Shown: piece after piece, positions 38,221 to 49,000 of the stretch
Layout: each line of letters opens with the position of its first letter
How positions within the stretch are numbered: position 1 is the stretch's first letter
Virus record (IMG/VR): IMGVR_UViG_3300042452_000698
Span: 1-64,000 of that record
DNA from: a virus
Lineage: Duplodnaviria > Caudoviricetes
Length of the DNA: 64,000 nucleotides
Direction: 5' to 3' (one strand)
The notes under the pieces: model-generated
The model's database searches: none
Told to the model about the DNA's origin: nothing
The model's input: the letters and a program-made list of their open reading frames with translations, nothing else
Translations under genes and position numbers: made by a program

Positions 38221-40044
38221 TTAATCTCCTAGCTCATAAGTCCAGTTTAAACTGATACTATATCTTTTTTCTTTTGGATCCCAACTTTCAGTTGGTGGAC
38301 TTAAGAAATATTTTCTAATATTTGGTTCTCTTGATGGACTTAAATATGATATTACATTCATTAAAGATGATCTCATTGGCTCATTTAAGCTTGGCTTAGA
38401 TAATAATAATTGTTGTCTTGCTGTTCCGCCATAATCTGGATCTACCGTTAACTCTATTGTAACGCTTCTTTGGTACTCTGTTCTTCCACCTATATATTGT
38501 AATATTGGTCCAGTTTTGCGTCCTATAACTGGTATAGTAGCAAAAATATCTCCGGGATATGTATCTTGTATAGAAATTTTCTCAGATAATACTCCGCTAA
38601 GAACAAGATTTAGTGGTCTTGTGTCAAACGAAACATTATAAGTTATTTCTCCATTAAATTCATTAGATCCAAGACTAACAGAAAGTGGTACTGGATTTAA
38701 AAATTTCCCAATTAAATTACTAGCTCTTTTATATATATGTGAAGTAAGACCAAATGTACCATTATTACTAATTTCTCTATATTTTAGTATAGCATTATGA
38801 TACGGTGAATTAAGACTGCCAACACTAACACTACCTAATGCTCCACCGTATATATCCCCACTAGATGGCAAACTTGTTAAACCTCTAATTGTTCCATCTA
38901 TCGAAACTCCGATTATGCTACTTTCATTTGTTGAAGAAACCGACGCGGTATATGATTCATAAGATGTTCCACTGGATAATAGCCATGTGTCTGTAACAGC
39001 ATATGATCCATTTGTTTTATCAATATTTTCTGTTCTAGAATGATTATATCCACCAAAAGCGTGCTGGGCTAAACTAATAAATCCACTAGCAAATCCAGAT
39101 TCGAAATTAAGTTTTGGGTATTGATCATATTGATTAAAGGCATTATTAGCATTTTCTCCATCTTTATCGCCTAAGATTTTTTTTTCTATAAACTCTTTTG
39201 CTTGCTGCCAAGCTTCATATCGTACACTTGGGCCGGTAGAATTAGCAGTACTAGGTCCATATATTGTTCTTCCAACAGCACTAATATTTCTTGTTAATCT
39301 GTATCCCCTTACTGTATTTAATCCGGGAGCAACAAATGGATTAGATGTGTTACCGGTATTTTCTTCTGGCTCTAAAGACCAGCTTTCGCTAAAATCTTCA
39401 ACAAGGCCACCATGTTCTTTTATATGTTGTTCTAATGTTTTTGATGCTGCGGAGCTAAGATGTTCTGTGGTATAAAAACCTTGAGAGTTTATAGTCCCAG
39501 ATGGCTCAAAATTAAGATAGTGCAAACTATCCGCAAAAATATTATCATTCTTATCAAAGAATAAATCTGTTGTTAGATTAATTGTATAATTGCACTTGTC
39601 AATATATATTCCCTCTTCAAAAGAAATAGATTCGACTTTGGGGAAAAATACTAAAACCGGCTCATTGCCCTCCCAAGATAATACTTCAACACGCTGTCCA
39701 TCTATAGCAAAAAGATTTCTTAAAGCGTTTTGTTTTTGCAGTATAGATGCTGCTCTGTCTGAATTTGATACCAAGTCTGCGGCAGAATCATTAAAATTAC
39801 CATGAAACTTTACAGGTAATGCTTCTGGCTGAACGGGCGTATTTGTTCCTAAAAAATTTGGAGATCCTCTATTATCTAATAGGGTTCCATTTAGGGTAAT
39901 ATTATATGTAGTTCCCATGTTTCCCATTTTATTCTTATTTCTTGTAGAAGAAATAGAAATTAATGGGCATGGTCTAATTACTGTTGCCACTGGCGTTGCT
40001 GGTGTGCCATTAGCGTTAACGCCGCCAGAATATACTATAATCAT
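38221..40044 (-). CDS. Putative distal-tail/baseplate protein, 607 aa
   Basis: Alternating beta-strand patterns (TYNITLNGTL, FSESWSLE, GEITYNVSFD); downstream of the tape measure. Confidence 0.5.
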   Translation of the reverse strand: MIIVYSGGVNANGTPATPVATVIRPCPLISISSTRNKNKMGNMGTTYNITLNGTLLDNRGSPNFLGTNTPVQPEALPVKFHGNFNDSAADLVSNSDRAASILQKQNALRNLFAIDGQRVEVLSWEGNEPVLVFFPKVESISFEEGIYIDKCNYTINLTTDLFFDKNDNIFADSLHYLNFEPSGTINSQGFYTTEHLSSAASKTLEQHIKEHGGLVEDFSESWSLEPEENTGNTSNPFVAPGLNTVRGYRLTRNISAVGRTIYGPSTANSTGPSVRYEAWQQAKEFIEKKILGDKDGENANNAFNQYDQYPKLNFESGFASGFISLAQHAFGGYNHSRTENIDKTNGSYAVTDTWLLSSGTSYESYTASVSSTNESSIIGVSIDGTIRGLTSLPSSGDIYGGALGSVSVGSLNSPYHNAILKYREISNNGTFGLTSHIYKRASNLIGKFLNPVPLSVSLGSNEFNGEITYNVSFDTRPLNLVLSGVLSEKISIQDTYPGDIFATIPVIGRKTGPILQYIGGRTEYQRSVTIELTVDPDYGGTARQQLLLSKPSLNEPMRSSLMNVISYLSPSREPNIRKYFLSPPTESWDPKEKRYSISLNWTYELGD

Positions 40045-43000
40045 GCTTTTCCTCTGATTCTCAGATTAAGTTTATCAGATTGTGATCCTATCCCACTAGC
40101 GTACAGGGTCAATCCAGAATTATTTATCTCTACCGGATCTGGACAATTTGTATATAATATAAATCCAGATGGTAAATTAGTAGCAAAATCTATTATTGCG
40201 CTATTGTACAATCCTAGACTATTATACACAATTGCTTTATCGTCAACACTGGTAAATATATGAAGATTTTGGTTTATAAAATTAGATCCGTTAGTATATA
40301 ATGTAATATTGCCATTGTTTGGAGTTCCAAAGGTATACTGACCATCTATCGACTTGATAAACGGTCTATGTGAAATAAATCCCTTAATTGCTGGATCTTG
40401 TCCAGAAACCTCTATAAAAATCTGACCTTTATTATCAGAAAATATTGTTCCGCTTGCAAAATACTTTTGGTTATTTTCGCCGCTATTTTGTACTGAAATA
40501 AACACATTTGGATTACCGGCAGAGTCTCTTTCTCCAAAAACTTTAGCCTGTATAAATGCTTCTGGGCTTGGTATTGATGGTGGCGGCTGTCTTAACATTA
40601 TATCATAAGAATATGAAGAGCCGCTAGAATATATACCAGAATTTGATCCGGCAAAAACAGTATAATCGGCATCTGTTCTAAATAATCTATCTATAGAAAC
40701 GATAGATCCAAAATTTTGATTATCGCACCCAGAAACTGGGACTATTTTTTCTACAAATGTCCACTTTTTGTCTTTGGTAGACCAATCTATTATTTTATTT
40801 TCAAAAGTAAATATAGATCCATTATTTAACAGTGCATTCCCACTATTTTGTAGCCTAATTCCAGAAGAGCCTAAGTCTGTGACTATTCTTTGTGGGATAT
40901 AAAATTCTTCATTAAATTCTTTTCTAATAAATGATCCACTAGTATTAATGTATTTATTGTTAAAATCATGCCCCGGAGCGCCAACAACTATAATATCTGA
41001 ATCAATATCCACGCTAAGACCAAACTGATCAGTTATTATAGAGTTATTAGCTAAATATCCAGAACCATAATTATGGGTTCCTAACACACCAGACCCGTTT
41101 CCATCATAAATGTCTTGTCCAATGTTTACGGAGCTTGGCCTTAGTTTCTGTATAAACTCCCACGGAGTTAATGTTCCATGAAGTCCGCTTCCACTAAACG
41201 TCTTCTCAAATACGAAAACTGATCCAGCACCACCATTATAAGATAATTCTATTCCAGAAGAAGATCCACCATCAATATATTGCTGCCAAGGATTTATTAT
41301 TTCATCGGAAAATGCTGTGAACGGGGCGCCAACAATTAGTTTATTGTTATGTAGTGCTATAGAATATCCAAATAAATCTCCGGGATATCCAGATGGAAGT
41401 TTATTGAAGTCTATATGATCATAGCCCTTATCTTTTAGTAATTGTGGTAATCCACCATAGATATTAATATCTTTATATAATGTGCCATCGACTACTTCGG
41501 TAAATTTAGATTTTGCTCCAAAATTAGTTTCTTGTAGCATAAACGCTTGTCTTGCGGCATTTTTCTTAGATTCTATAGAAATTTCATCATCAGATATATC
41601 CCAAGGATCTAGTGGGTAAATTACATATCTTGGATCATAATGTGATTCTATACTATTAAATAGATTTGGCTGTTTACTTGGTATTGAACCAGCAAACTTA
41701 TTACTTAACCCACTATTAGAAACAAGTGATAAATACTTTTGTGGGCTTCCACGTTCTGGAGCAACTATCTTAGTTTGTTGATTAAACTGTCTTCCGGCAT
41801 TTGCAGAAGCAAAGTTTGTTTGTGGATATAAGCTACTAATAAAATTAAGTGTGCTTAGTGGTATTCTTCCTTGATCGTCTCCAAGATATCTTCCTTGTAC
41901 AAGAGAAGAATCTGCAATTAGTGTAATTCTTGATCTATTATATCCAGCATTAAAAGATGTTATATGTTCTTGCTCTTGAGCAACAATAACTGGTCCATCT
42001 GCTATTAATTGATCATCAAATCCACTATCTAAACAATCTTCTTGACAATATTGTGTGTTTTTATTCTTGATAAAATCAAAAAATTCTCTTGTTACTATTC
42101 TTTCTGGCTCTCCGTTGCTAATTAGATAGTTTTCATAACCAGTTTGTACATTTACAGAATATGTAGATGTTGCAATATTTTCTTTAATTCCTATTGGTAC
42201 TCCAGAGATAGAAATTAATTTTGGTGTTTTTGGAATATATCCATCAACATTACTTATTGTTGGAACATAAGATGTAATATAAAAATCTATTGTATTCTTA
42301 TTTTCTTTTACCTGCGCGTTGAATGAAACTGATCTAGTTGATGCAAAATCTTGATAAATGTCAATCGGGAATGTTGGATATGGGATTTTTGGACTAATAG
42401 AAACATTTTGTGTAGAAACATTGAGTGTTTGTGATTCATATTCATTATCTGATTTTGTATTAATAAATATTTTATATCCAGATCCAGCAATTGCTGGGAA
42501 CGAAACTTTTGCTTGACTGTTTATTGACCAATATCCATTAGTAATGACTTCTGTATCATAAACTGGGCCGCCATAATAAGCTATTGGAATAATATTATTA
42601 TTTAACTTAAATGATATAAATTCAATACTATTTAGGCCAGTAAAGTTAATCTGCTGAATTGATGTTATAGCGTCATTGTACCCAATAGATATTGGGTGAT
42701 TTGGATTTAATCTAATATAATTTTCTTGGTTAAGTCTAATTCTTACATAGACATCATCAACTGGCAAGTATAGTGACTCTATATCTGATCCAAGTAGATC
42801 AAATAAAGAGTTTGCTATATTCATTTGCTCTATTGAGCTATCATGTGTTACAATTAATTTTTTATTTCCAATAGATAACCAAGACTTAATAGCTGTAAGC
42901 TCTATATCGTTTGGTATATTTTTAGGATTAGCTATCCAACAGACATCATCATATGAATATATAGTATCAGAATATTCAATAAAATTACCATTGTCTAAAA

Positions 43001-46000
43001 ATACTCCATGAAGTTGTGAGTCTGGATAAGCATCGGTAAAGCTAGATCTTCCAACCCATTGAGAAGAAAGAAACTTTATTCTTGAACCTCCGTCACTAGA
43101 TTTTGATACCATATTAACATAAAAATTAATATTTTCATCGTTAGCAAATGATTTATCTAATCCAGCATTATATAAAACTGATTCTGATTCTGTGAATAAT
43201 CCAGCAATTGCTATAATTTTAGAGTTATATAGTGATTGCTCAACACTAAAATATGCTTTATCTGAAACTTGTTTTTTACCAAATGTTTGTTCTGAAAATG
43301 GTGATGCAAGTATTTGTAAAATTCCGCTTGTTCCATCTTGAGGTTGTGGCTGTATAATATTATTAGAACCAATTAAGTATTCAGCGTCTACTTGATCATC
43401 TATTGACCAAATAAAGCTAGTAGATTCACCAACGTCATTTTCATCGAATGTAACAAACAATGAATTTGAAGTATATGTTTCTGTTGAATATGTTGGGCGT
43501 GTACCATATACTGGTCCAGATGATGGAATTACAATAGTTTCTATTTGTTTTTTAGCAGCAGCTAAAATTGGAATTGGCTCTTGATTTTTTCCGTTGACGC
43601 GAGAGCTTGCTAATGATTTCTTTGTTTCTTCTTCGTCGCAATTGCATAGAGGCGTAAAAGTGCTAAAATAAAATGGAATATTTACAGCATATTTTTCTCT
43701 TCTTCCTCCGCAACCGATACAATATTTATACCATTGCGCTCTCAAATCTCCAGCGTTTTTAATTGGTAGTTCGCACTTAGTATTAGCGGTTGGTAGTGTA
43801 ACCACAACCTCATTACCAAGATCAACATTTTCTGAGGAGCATGAAGAATAAATAACTTTATCTTTTAATAGTGGAATATTATCAAAATTTGTTCTTATAT
43901 CTGCAACACCGTGAATATTAACATTTGTTTTTGAAATATATGTTGGAGTTGAATTATCAACAAACGTTGGTATTCCCAAAGATTCGTTATCTAAACAGGC
44001 TTCTAATTGGTTTCTAGCTGGGAACAGTTTCATTCTTGAATCTAATTCTTCTAAAATTTTATTAACAATTTCATTAGATTCAGAGTATACTCCACTACTT
44101 TCCCAAGTTGGGTCATTTCCAACAAGAACAAGATTTCTATCTCCGAGAGATAACCATTCAACAATATTATCTAATACTTCATTACTTAATGCGTCAACAG
44201 ACGGCGTGATAATAAAAGCTAATCCAGCATCTTGTGGTATATTGACCTGAGAAAATGGTGTTACTTCAAAGTTATTGTCTTGAAATATTGTTGGTAAATA
44301 GTTAAAGTGTCCAGAGTCTTCTGGTAGACCTAATTCTTTTTGTAGATTACCAAATTTACCATATTCGATAACTTTATTATGTGGATAATACTTTCTAGAT
44401 TCAAAAATTCTAACTGCGCCAGCATTAACATTTGACCTCCAAGCTGGAGTAATTATGTTGGTATTTAAGCTAGTATCTTCAGTGTTCAAATATCCAAGAT
44501 TCTTATAATAAACCCTAGCGTCATCCCACTGATTAAGACTATCTGTTGGCGCACCAAACGCAACTATACTTCCGTCATCATTTACGGCAGCGCTATATCC
44601 AAGTCTAGCTGTTGGCGCAAACTCATCAATTATAAAGTTCCACTTTGATTTTCCAACAAAATTTCCTTGATTATAACTAAGTACCTGTTTGTATTCTTGA
44701 ATATTTAGATACTTTCTAGCTTCAAATTTTTCTGTTGATGTTAGTTTTGAATATAAAATCTTATTACTATAATCATACCCATATTTTGCAACCCAAGAAT
44801 AGTAATCAGAAATTAATGTTGCATATCTTCCAACTCCTCCAGTAATAGAACTCTTATGAGCTACCCAAGATGATATTTCATTAAATATTCTATCTTTTTC
44901 TGACTGCTTGTACTCAAAGACTTGGCAAGAATCTGAAATATATGGAGATCCAATAGCAATTACTTCAGTATTGTCGCTAATAGCAATAGCGTGTCCAAAT
45001 CTATCTGGATGACTGTATGTAATATTAGAAGATTTAATTTCTTGAACTAGGTTCCAATATCCGCTTTCTTTTTCGAAAATAAAGACTTTACCACCACTAT
45101 CTGGTGGATAGTTAAATTGTGAAAGATTTTCATTGAATGCGTCTTGACCAACTCCAGATGTAAAAAATCTAACTTGATTATCTTGTAATAATCTTCCAGT
45201 ATCAAGAACATAATCAAGCATTGAGTTTGCTGCATCAATCCAGTGCGATGGGGCCGAAACGTGTCTTACAACAGCGCCGGAAGATGGTGTATTATAAAAA
45301 TCTCTTAATCCACTAGCAAAACTATAACTTTGGTAATAGTTAATGAAATTATTTAGTGATGAAACTTGTCCATCAATAGCGTTTCGCATAGATCTTGTAT
45401 TATCAACATAAATTCCAAGCATAGCCGGAATGTTATTATTAATCTTTGTTGAGTCATATGGAAATGCTGAATGGAATGCTTCTTTTATGCCGCTAAGTAT
45501 TTTTTCATTTCTTTCAGCGGTGATAAAACCTTGATTTCTAGATATTGTTCTTTTTGTTATAAAGTCGGTTTGTGGGCTTTCTAGCGGTATTCTATTTGAA
45601 TAATCAGATAGTGGCTCACAAATAATAATCTTGACATCAAATGAAACTGGTGGATCTGAAAAATACTTAAATATTAAATCTTTGTTTTGTATTTTAGATA
45701 AAATGCTTGTATAATTATCTACATATGCTTGTCCAGTTGGTGATCTTCTAGTTACATTTGGAGTAAATTCATCTGTAAAAATTAGTAAGCCAACTTGAAC
45801 GCCAGAAGTTTGTAATTCTTCAAGAGGTCTTGGTGTCCACTTAGAATTTGGTCCACCAACAACAATAATTTCTCTTTGATTTTCTTCGAAAGATTTAATT
45901 CCAGAATTAACTCCTATTGCAACGCTGTGTCCAAACTCTCTACCCTCTTGTCCAACTTGCCATAGTCTTTCTGTTATTGGTAAAGGTAAAGGTATATTAC

Positions 46001-49000
46001 CAATGGTGTTTGTGTATCTTGGCACAAAATAATCTTTTAACATACCAGATGGTAATGTTAATTTGGTTTCTAGCGTCCAAGGAGACTTGTGTTTATCAAC
46101 GGGCCAAGTGTTTCCGCTTGGTCTAGCTTCTCTTCTGTATACAAATACTGCCCCGGCATCCTCTAGAATTCCACTAGTTAAATTATTACTCTCATCATAT
46201 TCATAGTATACTAAGTCATGTTTTGGTGCGCCAACAACCATTAGATCATTTTTAATATCTCCACACTTTCCGTATTCGTCTGTTGGCTGTATTTCATTAT
46301 TTAGTAAACTTATTCCAGAATATCCAACATAATCGTTAGATCCATATTCTACTTCTGTAAATTCAAATGGTAATTCTATCGGCCTATTACTACCAGTTTG
46401 TGCTTCTATAACTATTGAGTATGGTGACTGTGGTAATAAATTATCATATTTTCTAATACCGTAAAAATGCCCACTATATCCAACTTCTGTTCTAAATCCG
46501 CTGGTTTCTAAATTTGTATACGTATTTTGCGGTCTGAATATTCCACCGTCAACACAGCTTTCTGGTGGGCTATATAATATTGAATGAGATTCTACAATGT
46601 CTTCTGCACAATTGTTTTCGGTTCCACATTCGCCAAAACAATCTAAATCAACGCCTCTAATTTCATCGTTAGCATCTAAATATGATTCTTGATTGTCTAA
46701 AGTTGTTATATCTTTTCCAACATTCTCTGAATTCCAAGATATTGTTTCTTGCTTGTTTAAAAGCGGATTTGCTGGATAATTTATGGTATATAAAGATAAT
46801 CCACTAGCAATAAATTCTGCCGCAGGAACGCCATTTAAATATAGTGGTAACGCTGAATTTTGGGATAGCGGATCTTTGTAAAACCCATTAATAAATAAAT
46901 TTGTCGTTGCTGATGGAAATGAATTTACCAACTGTGGTATAGAATAAACATAAAAACCAATACTATTATTTAAATATTCTACTTGTGGTTTATTAAAAAC
47001 TGATAGCACTAACGAATTTAATGCTGATTGATCAGCAAGAAGATTTTGAGTAAACAGCGCTAAATTATTTTCTGCAAACTTATCTGTTCTTCCAGAAATA
47101 TATGTAAATAAAGCTTTATTATGTGAACCTACATTATGACAATATAGTGGAATATTATTATCATGGATATAAGCACCAAAAGAATAAAAAGATAATGCGC
47201 CAGACACAAGTGGAATTGCTTGTCCACTAGAGAACATATTTAACGAATCTACTACAAAATCAAAACCTTTTGTATGTAAATCTAGTGAAGATAGTGCTTT
47301 TAGTTCTCCGCTAGAAATAAGATTTATTGTATTATTTTCATTTAGTTCTTTTACTATAGCTTTAAGACCAACATTAATAGAATCAATTCTTATTTTTGAC
47401 TTGAAGGCTTGTCCAGAGGGATAAACCAAGTCATATTGTAAGAACATATCATCTATGTCTTTAGAATAAAACTTCTCATTAAATTCTGTAATATAGGTTT
47501 CAGAATCAAAACTTGCCCAAGGTTCTGAAGTATCAATTAAATCATTATATGTAAATTTACTTGATATTTTTTGTACGCATCCAGATGGTTGTAAATAATG
47601 AATAGCTCTATTAATAAGACCCCAATTAGTTTTACTTGGTCTATCAACCGGTTCCTTATTTTTAGTATATAAACTAACTATAAGTTTTGGACCGATTTTT
47701 CCATCTGACCAAGAAATATCATTATATGTGCTGTGTGTTATAACCGAATCAACAACAAGGGCGTCTTCCGTAAAATTATATCCTCTTGGAATAGTTTTAG
47801 ATATTCTTGGAACAACAGAATGAAATCTTGAAGTATCATCATTATCTTGAATATCACTTAAATAGAATCGTAAAAAGTCATTTTCTATTTGTGTGTGGTA
47901 AGCCAAGCCAGAAGCATAAATATTAGATGGTAATGGTAGATTAATTATTTCTGAATACGGCCTACCATCATGCGTCAAACTGTGGAAAATATAATCTTTG
48001 CCTTCTCTCCTAAGTAAATGATCAAAGTCTGGAGAAAACGCGCATGTATTAAAATCTCCTATTTTCCAAAAAGAAACATTTTCATCAACATATGAATATA
48101 AATCATTGTTTAAAAAGCTATTTACAGTGGTTTGTTTAAGTAGCCTATTTGGGTTGCTGCTAACTATATTTCCACTAGTTGATATTCCTATTTCATGAAT
48201 AAATAAAGCGTTGTCATAATTGCTATCACCAAAAACTAAATCTGAAGTAGAAGTTGGTAAGGATTGATTTAAAGATATTAGTAAATCGTTAGTATTGTTT
48301 GTTTCATTTTTATGATAAAGGTTGATTCTTGGCTCATTAGAATTATATGTTAATAATAGTGATAGCGGGTAGTTAACACTCGTAACATCTAGTAAATCAT
48401 CAAAAGAGCTTGCTCCAACAGATAAAACTAATTGCTCTGTAGAGTTATCAATATAGAGAGCAAAAGAAGAACCCTTTGATACTATAGTATTTTGAATGTC
48501 GTTATTGTAATCATAGTTTGGAGAAAATCTTACATATAACGCGGCGCCGCTAGAGAAAGATGTATTACTAAAACTTAGCGTTCCGCTGTTTCCACCAACT
48601 AAAATTGCTGAATCAAATGAGTCTGTAATTTTTTCGTGTAGAGGATCTCCAACCTGCGTCCAATCTATAGTAGTATAATCTGTATTATGAGTAAATAGCT
48701 GTTCATCTTTAAATCTCCATCCAATATTCTTTAAAACATTTAGTGAATTACTAAAATATCCACTATTAGAATAGTTATCTGATATTACAAAATTTCCACT
48801 TATATTTGTAAAATCATAATATCCATTTAGGAATGGCTGATCAGCCTCTGGATTAAAGAATGAAAAATCAAACTCATTTGGATTATATGGGCCATAAACA
48901 ATATTTCCATCAACACCACGCCATCTTCTAGCATAATTTGTTTTTGATTCTAAACTAAATGCATTTGGAATATTTGTTATGTATGATCCAGAAGCATTAT

